A DNA stretch of 64,000 bases from an uncultured Acidaminococcus sp. (GTDB taxonomy: Bacteria > Bacillota > Negativicutes > Acidaminococcales > Acidaminococcaceae), in the NCBI GenBank assembly GCA_900315205.1, contig OMYF01000007.1, positions 1,969-65,968 of the forward strand, given 5' to 3'. The stretch's first letter is position 1. Each line of letters begins with the position of its first letter. The notes below the pieces were generated by a model, which was given only the letters and a program-made list of their open reading frames with translations, was not told where the DNA came from and ran no database searches. Below are positions 29,042-39,200 of this stretch, piece after piece. The translations under genes and the position numbers were made by a program.

Positions 29042-29596
29042 TCAGAACTTTACCTGCGGCACCGTCCTGGCCTGTTCATCCGCCTTGAAATACTCCCGCG
29101 CCGAAAAACCGAACATGCCGGCCAGGATATTGGTCGGGAATGATTTGATCCGGGCATTGAAGGACTGGACAGCATTATTGTAATCCCGGCGCGCTACAGC
29201 GATCCGGTTTTCCGTACCGGCAAGCTCATCCTGGAGCTGCAGGAAATTCGTATTGGCCTTCAGCTGCGGATAATTTTCGGCAATGGCAAGGAGCCGGGAC
29301 AGGGCCCCGTCAAGTTCCCCGCTGGCAGCCGCCGCGTCGGCCACGGTCCTGGCACCGGCGAGTTTGGCCCGGGCGTTGGCCACGTCCGTATAGACCTTTG
29401 ATTCGTGCGCCGCATAGCCCTTGACTGTATTGACCAGGTTGGGGATCAGGTCGTTCCGACGCTGGAGCTGGTTCTCCACCTGGCTCCACTGGCCGGTGAC
29501 ATTTTCATTAGCCGAGACAAGACCGTTATAGGAACCCATAAGTGCACCGCCGATCAGCACGACGATGACAATGACTGCAATGAGTGCTTTTTTCAT
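29042..29596 (-). CDS. lemA: LemA family protein
   Basis: 184 aa with an N-terminal TM followed by YNGLVSANENVTGQWSQVENQLQRRNDLIPNLV, the LemA signature. AGGAGG RBS upstream. Confidence 0.9.
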   Translation of the reverse strand: MKKALIAVIVIVVLIGGALMGSYNGLVSANENVTGQWSQVENQLQRRNDLIPNLVNTVKGYAAHESKVYTDVANARAKLAGARTVADAAAASGELDGALSRLLAIAENYPQLKANTNFLQLQDELAGTENRIAVARRDYNNAVQSFNARIKSFPTNILAGMFGFSAREYFKADEQARTVPQVKF

Positions 29597-29844
29597 TGAT
29601 ATTTCCTCCTTTGATGGAACTGCAGGATATCGTTTCTCCTGATTGCATGCTAACGGAATTTTCGATTCCTGTCAATGTCAAAAAGTCAAACTTATTGTGA
29701 AAAAAAGGAGCTGCACAAAAAAACGTACAGCACCCTGTCGCCTGTCCGCCAAAGCTCCGGAGCCGCATCCGGCTGCAGCAGGCTCCCCCGCTGCCGGCCG
29801 CTGTCCAGACCCTGGGGCAGCCCTAAAAGCCGGCTGCCGTCTGT

Positions 29845-31095
29845 TCAGTTCAGGTTCTTCACAAAAAGTTTGATGAAAAGCAGGGTATGGGGCTGATAGG
29901 CTATATCGGCCAGACAGGAGCCCACGACCGGCACGATCAGGAATGCCTTGCGGCTCATCCCGTACTGTTCCGTCAGGGTCGTCATGTTCACCATGGCCGA
30001 AGGGACAGCTCCCAGTCCATGGCCGCAAAGCCCTGCGCACATGATGGCCGCGTCATAATTGCTGCCCAGTACCCGGAAGACGACGAAATAGCAGGCCAGC
30101 AGCACAAAGACCATCTGCAGCAGCACGATCAGCAGCACTTCGCCGAAGATCCCGGCCATCTCCCAGATCTTCAGGGTCATCAGCACGATGGAAAGATACA
30201 GGTTCAGCATGATTTCCCCGAACGTATCCACCAGGCTCTCATTGAAGACGAACCAGTGGAATTTCTCGTTCAGATTGCGTACGGCCACGCCCATCAGCAT
30301 CGCGCCCACATAACTGGGGAAAGGCATCTTCAGGAAATAACCGACGATCTCGGAAAAACAGGTCCCGAGACACATGCAGATCAGGATGACCGTGATATTC
30401 TCGATGACATCCATCTTGGCTACGAGCAGCCGGTTCAGGTTGCGTTTGGCAGGCAGCACCGGAGAGCTTTCCGGCTCATCCTCGGAATGGAGATGATATT
30501 TTTCTATCAGGAAACGCCCCAGGGGCCCACCGGCCATCACAGCCGCAATGAGTCCAAAGGTCGCCGCCGAAGCGCCCACTTCCATACTGGCCGGGTAGCC
30601 CATCTGCAGAAAAGTGCTGCCATAGGCGCCGGCTGCCCCGTGGCCGCCGAGCATGGAGATGGCAGAAGCCAGCAGGGCATAGGCCGGAGCCAGATGGACC
30701 AGCCTGCCCACGACAAGCCCGATGATGTTCTGACACAGGGAAAGGACAGCCGTCACCAGCCAGTACGTCAGCAGCAGCCGGCCGCCCTTGTTGACGCCGC
30801 TCGTAAAAGAAGACAGTTTGGCTCCCATGCCGACAGCCGTGAAAAAGGACAGCATAAAAGGAAGCTGGAACTGCGTATCGAACTGGAAATGGACCGTGCC
30901 CGTCTGATGCCCTGCAAAGACCAGGAACATGGCAAGGAATCCGCCGATGACAGGCGCCGGCAGGCAGTACTGCCGCAGCAGCCGGCTCCTTCCCTTCAGC
31001 CAGCCGCCGATAAGCATCAGGACGGCCGCCAGTGCTGTCGTACAGACACCATCCGCCTGGATCGTCAGAGTTCCCTGCAGCAGGGAAATATACAT
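29845..31095 (-). CDS. gltS: sodium/glutamate symporter
   Basis: 416-aa polytopic protein whose overall pattern matches GltS (LRQYCLPAPVIGGF near the N-terminus, MLGGHGAAGAYG mid-protein). It lies 12 nt downstream of serC. Confidence 0.85.
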   Translation of the reverse strand: MYISLLQGTLTIQADGVCTTALAAVLMLIGGWLKGRSRLLRQYCLPAPVIGGFLAMFLVFAGHQTGTVHFQFDTQFQLPFMLSFFTAVGMGAKLSSFTSGVNKGGRLLLTYWLVTAVLSLCQNIIGLVVGRLVHLAPAYALLASAISMLGGHGAAGAYGSTFLQMGYPASMEVGASAATFGLIAAVMAGGPLGRFLIEKYHLHSEDEPESSPVLPAKRNLNRLLVAKMDVIENITVILICMCLGTCFSEIVGYFLKMPFPSYVGAMLMGVAVRNLNEKFHWFVFNESLVDTFGEIMLNLYLSIVLMTLKIWEMAGIFGEVLLIVLLQMVFVLLACYFVVFRVLGSNYDAAIMCAGLCGHGLGAVPSAMVNMTTLTEQYGMSRKAFLIVPVVGSCLADIAYQPHTLLFIKLFVKNLN

Positions 31096-31107
31096 GATAT
31101 CAGTTCC

Positions 31108-32193
31108 TTAACAGTTTTTTTGATAGAAGTCTTCCATGAAAGCCGCCAGGCGTTCGCACCCGGCCTGGGGCATGGCATTGTACATGGAAGCACGGATGCC
31201 GCCGATGAGACGGTGTCCTTTGAGGCCCACCATCCCCGCCTCGGCCGCTTCTGCAAGGAACTTCGCTTCCAGTTCCTTCGACGGGAGCGTAAAGGTGGCA
31301 TTCATGATGGAACGACTGTCCTTGCGCGCCCGGCCGGTGTAAAAGTCAGGATGCGCATCCATGGCCGCATAGACGATGCTGCTCTTGCGCGTGTTTGCGA
31401 TCTGCAGGGACTCCAGTCCGCCGCGGCTCAGGATCCACTCCGTTACGAGCTTCACGATATAGACATTGAAGACCGGCGGTGTATTGTACATGGAATCCTT
31501 GTTCATGATGGTTTCATAATTGAGCATGGACGGCAGGTTCTCATCCCGGCCGCGGAGGAAATTCCTCCGGGCTATGACGACCGTCACACCGGCAGGTCCG
31601 ATATTCTTCTGGGCACCGCCGTAGATCAGGGAAAACTTCTCCATCGGCAGGGGACGTGCCAGGATATCGGAAGAGCAGTCCGCAATGAGAGGCACCCGGC
31701 CCGTGTCGGGATATTCCTGATACTCCGTACCGAAGATCGTATTGTTCGTCGTGATATACAGATAGGCAGACTGCGGCGGCATCTGGATCTCGCCTGTTTT
31801 GGGCACGCGGTCATACCCCGACTCACGGCTGGAGTAGGCCACAGCCACTTCTCCCTCTTTGGCCGCTTCCAGCATTGCCTTATGGGCGAAGTTCCCCGTA
31901 TCCGCATACGCACCGACTTTGCCGGGGGTCAGGAAATTCATGGGGATCATCGAGAACTGGAGGCTTCCGCCGCCGCCCAGGAAAAGGACGGCCCAGTTGT
32001 CATCGATACCCAGCAGGGTCCGGATATTCTCCTGTGCCTTTGCGTTGATATCTTCATATAAGGCCGAACGGTGGCTGATTTCCATGACGGACATCCCGCT
32101 CCCCGCGTAATCGAGGAGTTCCCGCTGGGCCTGTTCAAGGACGGGCAGCGGCAGCATCGAAGGGCCGGCGCCAAAATTATAGACTCTTGCCAT
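31108..32193 (-). CDS. serC: 3-phosphoserine/phosphohydroxythreonine aminotransferase
   Basis: I trimmed the track ORF to the ATG at 32193 (MARVYNFGAGPSMLP...), which follows a GGAG RBS. 361 aa. Contains the N-terminal FxAGPxxLP motif and the PLP-Lys region GGAQKNIGPAG. Confidence 0.9.
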   Translation of the reverse strand: MARVYNFGAGPSMLPLPVLEQAQRELLDYAGSGMSVMEISHRSALYEDINAKAQENIRTLLGIDDNWAVLFLGGGGSLQFSMIPMNFLTPGKVGAYADTGNFAHKAMLEAAKEGEVAVAYSSRESGYDRVPKTGEIQMPPQSAYLYITTNNTIFGTEYQEYPDTGRVPLIADCSSDILARPLPMEKFSLIYGGAQKNIGPAGVTVVIARRNFLRGRDENLPSMLNYETIMNKDSMYNTPPVFNVYIVKLVTEWILSRGGLESLQIANTRKSSIVYAAMDAHPDFYTGRARKDSRSIMNATFTLPSKELEAKFLAEAAEAGMVGLKGHRLIGGIRASMYNAMPQAGCERLAAFMEDFYQKNC

Positions 32194-33439
32194 TTTGTTC
32201 ATCTCCAATCAAGTGTATCGTCAGGGCATCGCGCAGTTTCGGTTCGAACCACGTCGATTTCGGCGGCATCATCTGTCCGGCGTCCGCCACTCTGATCAGC
32301 TGATCCATGGAAGTCGGATACAGCGAGAACGCAGCTGTATAGTCGCAGCCGTCCACGGCATCCTGCAGGGCTCCCGTACCGCGGATGCCGCCGACGAAGC
32401 CGATGCGGGAATCCTTGCGGGGATCACCGATCCCCAGAATCTTCGTCAGCACCTCATTCTGCAGGATGCTGACATCGAGCCCGTCCACGGGATCCGGACT
32501 GAGGATCTCCTCCTTGGCGGTCAGCACATACCAGCGGCCGCCCACATACATGCCGAATTCATGGATCCGGGCCGGCGTGACAGGGCGCTCTGCCTCAGCG
32601 ATCGTGAAATGTTCGCTCAGTTTGGCCAGGAAAGCTTCTTCCGTCAGGCCGTTGAGGTCACGGACGATCCGGTTGTACGGCAGGATATGCAGCATATTGT
32701 CCGGGAAAATGACTGCAAGCAGATAGTTGTACTCCTCGTCCCCCCGCTGTCCGGGCCGGGCCCCGAGTTTTTTGGCCACCTGCCAGGCAGCCTCGCAGCG
32801 GTGATGGCCGTCCGCGATGTAAAGGGCCGGGATCTGACGGAAGAGCTTCGTCACTTCCTGGATCTTGAGGGGTTCCTGGATGACATACAGCGTATGGCGG
32901 ACCTTGTCTTCACCGGCAAAATTATAGACCGGGGCATGATTGGCCATATAATCGAGCAGGAATGCCGTAAGGACACCCTTGCTCCGGTACGCCAGGAAGA
33001 CCGGTCCGGTCTGGGCGCGGGTCGCCAGGATATGCTCGACCCGGTCCCTTTCCTTGCTGGGTCTCGTCAGCTCATGTTTCCTGATGATGCCCGTTTCGTA
33101 ATCCTTAAGGGAAGCCGCCGCCACGAGGCCGATCTGGATATAGGCTCCCATCTGCTGACGGTAGATATAGTAACAGGGAGACGGGTCCTGCTTCAGCTGT
33201 CCCTTGTCGATATAATCCTGTAGGTTCGCCGCGGCCCGGGCATACACGCGGGGGTCGTCCTCCCGGATGGTATCCGGCAGATCCGCCTCGGCCCGGGTCA
33301 CCCGGATGAAGCTCAGCGGATTGGCTTTCAGCATGGCCCGTGCTTCGGCCGTACTCATGACGTCGTAAGGAAGCTCGGCGATCTTGCTGACGAGCTCCGG
33401 TATGGGACGAAGTGCTGCAAAAGGTTTGATAGTTGCCAT
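32177..33439 (-). CDS. DUF1015 domain-containing protein
   Basis: 420 aa starting MATIKPFAALRP and containing the YIADGHHR motif characteristic of DUF1015. The stop overlaps the serC start by 17 nt. Confidence 0.8.
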   Translation of the reverse strand: MATIKPFAALRPIPELVSKIAELPYDVMSTAEARAMLKANPLSFIRVTRAEADLPDTIREDDPRVYARAAANLQDYIDKGQLKQDPSPCYYIYRQQMGAYIQIGLVAAASLKDYETGIIRKHELTRPSKERDRVEHILATRAQTGPVFLAYRSKGVLTAFLLDYMANHAPVYNFAGEDKVRHTLYVIQEPLKIQEVTKLFRQIPALYIADGHHRCEAAWQVAKKLGARPGQRGDEEYNYLLAVIFPDNMLHILPYNRIVRDLNGLTEEAFLAKLSEHFTIAEAERPVTPARIHEFGMYVGGRWYVLTAKEEILSPDPVDGLDVSILQNEVLTKILGIGDPRKDSRIGFVGGIRGTGALQDAVDGCDYTAAFSLYPTSMDQLIRVADAGQMMPPKSTWFEPKLRDALTIHLIGDEQNGKSL

Positions 33440-33647
33440 ATGGAATCACTCCTGCAATCTGAAATAACTGATCACTGCATTCCCGGCGGTCCGGGAAGCA
33501 TCCGCAAACATCATCATATCATTTCTGTCGTCAATTTCGCGGTATTTGACTAAAGTGTACATATGAATAAGTTTAATATATGGGATTTGTTTTTACAATA
33601 CTTGTTTGCGCTTTTGCTTCTGCGGGCCAGCCGGGCCTCCGGATCCC

Positions 33648-34415
33648 TTACCGCAGGAGGGCGCTCTTTTTCTTCACTTTTTCGGCAGCCTCCAGGAGCC
33701 CGTCCTTCAGGACGTCATACCCGATCGCCCGCAGGCGCTCCACCGGGCCGGAAAAACTGAGGACATACCGTTTGTCGCCAAGGATCAGGGGCACTGCCAC
33801 CGCCGCGACTCCCTCGTCCACCTCCCCCTCGGAAACGGCATAGCCCGCCTGCAGCAGGGCCAGGACCTGATTGCGCAGCAGCCGCTGCCGCGTCCGGTCC
33901 GCAGCGCTCTCGGCGATGAGCTGGCTCCGCAGCGGTTCCGGCTGGATGGCCAGGAGCAGCTTGCCCGAGGCTCCGATATGGAGGGGCACGATATAGCCCT
34001 TTTGTTTGGTGATGGAAAGACTGTGACGGGACTGGGCCATCTCGGTACAGATGCCCGTATGGCCGAGCAGGGTCGAAACGACGACGGTCTCATTGAACTG
34101 CTCCGCCAGATGCTTGATTTCCTCCGTCAAAAGATCACGGATCGTATTATGGACGGATACGGCCGAAGCCACGAGCAGGATCCCCGTCCCCAGACGGTAG
34201 CGCCCGCTCTTCTCCGACTGTTCGATCCAGCCGGCATGCTGCAGCGTCCGCAGCAGCCGGTACACCGTCGTCTTGTGCAGTCCCAGGGCGCGGCTGATTT
34301 CCGTAAGCGCAAGGGATTCCCGGCGCTCTGCCGCATACAGTTCCAGGAGACGGACGGCATGCAGCACAGAATGGTTCAGCGGTACGGATGGGGTTTCGGC
34401 AGCACTGGAATCCAT
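33648..34415 (-). CDS. IclR family transcriptional regulator
   Basis: 255 aa with an N-terminal wHTH (LTEISRALGLHKTTVYRLLRTLQHAGWI) and a C-terminal IclR effector domain. Divergent from the ureohydrolase gene. Confidence 0.85.
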   Translation of the reverse strand: MDSSAAETPSVPLNHSVLHAVRLLELYAAERRESLALTEISRALGLHKTTVYRLLRTLQHAGWIEQSEKSGRYRLGTGILLVASAVSVHNTIRDLLTEEIKHLAEQFNETVVVSTLLGHTGICTEMAQSRHSLSITKQKGYIVPLHIGASGKLLLAIQPEPLRSQLIAESAADRTRQRLLRNQVLALLQAGYAVSEGEVDEGVAAVAVPLILGDKRYVLSFSGPVERLRAIGYDVLKDGLLEAAEKVKKKSALLR

Positions 34416-34641
34416 GGCGCCCTCCTTTCTGAGCTAAAAAAAACTGTTGATGGATCGGTACTTCCCCGAACAAATCTTTTTTCCATTATAAAAGGGAATA
34501 GCCCTGCCGTCAAAGAAAAGTTTCATTACTGTGCACAAATTGCAAAATAATGTCTAAAATCGTTGTGATTTTTCCGCACCCTCCCTATAATGGGGCCAAC
34601 AGCGAAAACCATTCTGCAAGGATGATAAAAGGAGTATTTCC

Positions 34642-35610
34642 ATGAATAATTTCAGTCTGCAAAAACCATTGAATATGGCGCCTACGGGCATTGCCACGTT
34701 TGCCAAAAGCGATCTGGCCACTGACATCTACCATCTGGACGCCGACATCGCCGTCCTGGGCGCTCCCTTCGACCTGGCGATCCAGGGCCGTACGGGCTGC
34801 CGTCTCGGGCCGAGAGGCATCCGCCTGGGTTCGACCCGTTTTTCCTACCGCAAGGGCGGCACATACGATTCCGAGCGCCGCCAGTTCTACATGGACGCGA
34901 ACAAATGGCATGTCGTCGACTGCGGCGACGTCGATTATATCCCCGGCGACCTGATGAGCACGATGAACAATCTGCGCGAAGCCGTCCGGATCATCCAGCA
35001 GCAGCAGGTCCTGCCCGTTGTCCTGGGCGGCGACTGCGCTGTCGATTTCCCCGTCCTGCAGGGACTGGAAGGCATCGGCAGCTTTGACATCGTCCACATC
35101 GATTCCCATCTGGACTGGACCAAACCGCTGGACGGGCAGAAGTTCTTCAACGGCTCCCCCATGCGGAACGCGGCGACCCTGCCCTATGTGGGCCGGACGC
35201 TGCACCTGGGCATCCGCGGCATCGGCAGCAGCGGTCCCGATGACTTTGCCGAGGCAGAGGCACATGGCGACGGCATCTACTCGGTCCGTGACGTGCGCCG
35301 CAGAGGGATTGGCGAGATCCTGAAGGAATTCAAGCTGTCCCCGCAGATCGTGGTCTGCTTCGATATCGACGCCATGGACGCCGTCTATGCACCTGCCACG
35401 GGCTCCCCGATGTTCGGCGGCTTCACCTATGACGAAGCGGTGGACATCCTCGAAGCCATCGCCGGATGCTCGAAGCTGATGGGCGTCGTCATGACGGAAG
35501 TGGCTCCGCCCTTTGATGACGTGGGCGGTACGACGGGCTATCTGGCAGCCCGTCTGATCTCGGATCTGCTCGGATTTGCCACAAAGGCACAGGAACAAAA
35601 GGAGGCTTGA
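34642..35610 (+). CDS. ureohydrolase (arginase/agmatinase/guanidino-acid hydrolase family) with a variant metal site
   Basis: 322 aa. The family motifs are present as VLGGDCAV (normally GGDH), HIDSHLD (DAHxD type) and CFDIDAMDAVYAPATGSP (SxDxDxxDP type). Substrate unknown. Confidence 0.8.
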   Translation: MNNFSLQKPLNMAPTGIATFAKSDLATDIYHLDADIAVLGAPFDLAIQGRTGCRLGPRGIRLGSTRFSYRKGGTYDSERRQFYMDANKWHVVDCGDVDYIPGDLMSTMNNLREAVRIIQQQQVLPVVLGGDCAVDFPVLQGLEGIGSFDIVHIDSHLDWTKPLDGQKFFNGSPMRNAATLPYVGRTLHLGIRGIGSSGPDDFAEAEAHGDGIYSVRDVRRRGIGEILKEFKLSPQIVVCFDIDAMDAVYAPATGSPMFGGFTYDEAVDILEAIAGCSKLMGVVMTEVAPPFDDVGGTTGYLAARLISDLLGFATKAQEQKEA

Positions 35611-35612
35611 CC

Positions 35613-36152
35613 ATGGACAGGCAGGGACGGAAGAAAAGACAGCCGGGACAATGGATCACACTGATCGGCTTCTGTACAGCCATGGAGGTCATCCTGGCCC
35701 GTTTCCTGTCCCTGCACACATGGAACCTCAAGATCGGACTCAGTTTCCTGCCGGTCGCGGCCGCCGGCCTTGCGGGCGGACCCCTGGCCGGCGGGCTGAC
35801 GGGAGCCCTGGGGGACATCATCGGCGCCACGCTCTTTCCCGTCGGTCCTTATTTTCCGGGGTTCACCCTTTCCGCTTTCCTTGACGGTGCCGTCTACGGG
35901 TATTTCCTGCGCAAAGGAGCCACCCGCAGAGCCATCCTCCTTTCGGTGCTCGTGACCCAGATCGGCATCAGCCTCTGCCTGAACACGTTCTGGCTGGCCC
36001 TGCTCTTCCACACCTCCTGGACCGTCCTCGCCTGGCCCCGCCTCTTCCAGTGCGCCGTCGGCTGTGTGACGAAGCCCCTGATCCTGCTGCTTGTCCTGCC
36101 GAGGCTGGAAAAACACCTGAAGAGCGGCACGCTCCTGCAGCACCGGTCCTGA
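35613..36152 (+). CDS. ECF-transporter S component, folate (FolT) family-like
   Basis: 179 aa starting from the ATG at 35613, 7 nt after AAGGAGG and 2 nt after the ureohydrolase stop. It has 5-6 TM helices. The FCTAMEVILARFLS and LPVAAAGLAGGPLAGGLTGALGDIIG segments resemble FolT-type S components. The substrate call is tentative. Confidence 0.65.
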   Translation: MDRQGRKKRQPGQWITLIGFCTAMEVILARFLSLHTWNLKIGLSFLPVAAAGLAGGPLAGGLTGALGDIIGATLFPVGPYFPGFTLSAFLDGAVYGYFLRKGATRRAILLSVLVTQIGISLCLNTFWLALLFHTSWTVLAWPRLFQCAVGCVTKPLILLLVLPRLEKHLKSGTLLQHRS

Positions 36153-36217
36153 GCTTCTGCCCTGCCGGTCCGGACAAGCCCGTCCGCAGGACTTCTTCAC
36201 AAACAACTGAAATGACA

Positions 36218-36270
36218 GATACCCTGTCAGGCCCTTTCCGGCCCGGCAGGGTATCTTTTTGCTGTTTTTT
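36218..36270 (+). terminator. rho-independent terminator after the ureohydrolase-FolT unit
   Basis: AGATACCCTG...CAGGGTATCT stem followed by TTTTTGCTGTTTTTT. Confidence 0.8.
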
Positions 36271-36281
36271 GCTGTACCGGA

Positions 36282-39200
36282 TCAGAATGTCCAGCGGATG
36301 CCGGCATTCCAGCCCCATTTCTTATGATACGTACCAGTGCTGCTCTTTTCCGCATCCAGATAGAACTGGCTTGCCGGTGACAGCTGTACGGCCATGCCTA
36401 TGCCGTATTCGAACCATCTGTCACCATAATCCGCAGCGACGGACAGGGACCCTTCATCATCCCGGAAACGCATCTGGCCGCTGCCGCCGAATTCATGGAA
36501 CCAGTTGGCCTTGGCAAAAATCTGGGCCCGCGGTCCTTCATACCCCGCGCGGAACCCGATCCGGCCGACGGCGCTGTGGATGTCGTTTTCCCCGTAATGG
36601 ACCCCGTTTGCCAGATCCGCCGAAGCGCCTTTCAGCCAGCCCAGGGTGAACTGGGCCTGGGGTTCGGCAAACCAGCCGGCAGTACTCTGCCGCTTCCAGC
36701 CATATTCAGCCCCGGCCGTGAAGCCGTTGTTGTCCAGGATCCCTTTGGCCCCGTAACTGCCGTAGACTTCATCGGAGATATGCTGTCCCTTCAGGGTGAA
36801 ATCCCAGTACTGGCCGTCTTTTTCCACATGCGTATCGTAGAGTCCCAGGCTGATCCCGGACAGATCGGCCGTGCCGCCGCTGAAATTGCCGCGGCCCCGG
36901 CTGTAGCCCAGAGCGATGCCCTGGTAATGGCGTTCGCGGCTGTTTTCGCCCAAAAGCCTGTCATATCCCACCTGATACTGATGATGCTGGATATTGAAGG
37001 CGCCTTCCCCGCCGCTGCGCTCGCTGCGGATGCCCTGGACGCGGGCCCAGACGCCGTCGGGGGGCGCCGCCTGGCTGTGCAGGTCGCCCAGCCGCTTGAA
37101 CAGGCTGTCCATATCCTCCCGCCACAGCTGGTAGTTCATGCCCTGGAGACCCAGCATGCTCCGCACAAAGTGCGTATGGCTGCCCTGATCATCCACGGCC
37201 CGTTTCGCGAAGCCCTTGATGTACCAGTCCGTATTATAGCCTTCCGTGACCGTGTCGCCCCGCTCTTTTTCGTGCGTATCAAGGACAACCTTGTGGAAGA
37301 AGAGGCGGTCCTCCTGTTCCGGCAGGAAGAACGAGCCCTGTTCCGTGCCGACACTGGCGAGGACGGAGCCGATGGCGCCATCCGTCCAGGCACCGCTCCT
37401 GGCATGGAGGAGGAGCTGCGTCGCGCCCGTATGCGTTCCCCGAACATAGATATGGTCATTGACGGCAGCATTGCCGGCATGGCCCAGCGTGACCGCCGCG
37501 CCGTCACCGGCAAAATCTCCGGCGTACAGTTTCTGATCCGCCGTGTCCTCATTGAAGCGGATCACGCCGCCGCCCGCAGCGAGGCTGGACACACTGGCAT
37601 CACCATCCAGGTTCCAGACGGCGCCGCCGTTCAGATGCAGCGTCAGGGCCCCGCCGGATGTGCCGCCCGCCGCGGTGAGACCGGCGTCCGCCGTCGTCCC
37701 GTTCAGTGCGGAGCTGCTGCCGTCCAGCCACACTTCCATCCGGCCGTCTTTTGCATTGACAAGGTTCCCGTCGATCCTGCCCGCAGAGCCGGCATGGCCG
37801 ACCGTCACGGACCCGCCTTCAAGGGTTTCTGCCGCGGCCGCGCTGCCGTCCGCATCCAGGCGGTACTGCTGTCCGTCCAGCGTGATGGCTGCGCCGCCGC
37901 GGGCCGTCAGTTTCCCCGTGACGCGTGTCAGCGCGCTTTCCGCAGTGCCCAGGGCAATCGTGCCGCCGTAAGTGGCATAGGCCGCATAGGTGCTCCCGTT
38001 ATGGTCCAGGGAAACATTCCTGCCGCTGACCGTGACGGGGGACTGTTTGTTATCCGACCAGATCTCGCCGTCGATGACGGCCGTCTCCGTCGCGTCCGTC
38101 CCGATGGCCACGGGCTTGTCCGTCGCCTGGATGGCCCGCATGCCGCCTGCCGGGTCGATGAGGATATGGGCGCCCTTTGCCGTCATGGCCGTCGTATTGC
38201 CGGACCGGGCCCAGAGACCGCCGTCGATCTGCAGTGTATCCGTATCCTCGCTGCCAAGGTTCACAGCCCCTGCAGTGGAGATGACCAGATTCTGATCCCT
38301 GTTGCTTCCTTCGTAAATATGGATGGTGTCGCCCGCCACCGTAAAACCGCCGTTCAGCCCGACCAGGCGGCCGTCGATGCTGACATGGGAGTCCGTTTCG
38401 CCGATGGTCACCGCATCGTCCGCCGCCTGCTGGATCACCAGGGCATCATGGGTGCTGCTGTCAGCGGCGCTCTGCGAACCGTCATAACCGGTCTTCACCG
38501 TCATTCCCAGCGTCCCGGAATCCGGTGCCGCTCCGTCGGAAAGGGTGATTTCTCTGCCCGCCACCTTGAGGGAACCCGGACTGTTGACGAGGATCCTGCC
38601 TTTGACAGTGGTGGAATCAGCCCCGCTCGTCCCGATTGTAATGGCTTTGCTCGCCGCATTGGCATAAAGCGCCGTATTCCCTGCATTGTCCAGCAGGACA
38701 TTCTGTCCGGCCACCGCAAGGACCGTATCTTTGCCGGTGACGATTTCACCGTTCACCGTGGTCTGCGCCGTTGCGTCATCGCCCACACGGATGGTGGATC
38801 CTCCCTCATCGAACAGGGAAAAAGCATTGCCGTTTGATTCGAAGTTCCCTTTCAGGCCGCTTACAGTGACGGCCTTCCGGCCATGGAAGGCCGTCTCGCC
38901 GGAGCCGCCGGAATAGACATGGCCATTCACGACCGTCGTTTCCGTCGTTTCCGCATTGCCCGCACGGAATCCGGCAGAATTGGCGATCACAGCCGCCGCA
39001 CTGTAGCGCTCACTGTAACTGTCTTCCAGTGAAGGCTGCCTGCTGGCATTCAGTGTCACGTCCCTGCCGTCGACCCAGGCTTCCTCCGCTTCATTGGAAC
39101 TGCCCGTAATGGCAAAGGTCCCGTTTATGACGGCATCGGCTTCCGTTCCGCCGGCATAGAACCGGCCCGTTTCACTGCTCCCGTAATCACCGAGCGTGAT

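Noticed and set aside
33638-33660. TTACCGCAGGA at the iclR 3' end matching the tail of the 17.7-kb repeat family
   Set aside because: Here the sequence is simply the codons Leu-Arg-stop of iclR on the minus strand. The match is 11 nt and is not flanked by the octamer tract, so it is probably coincidence.
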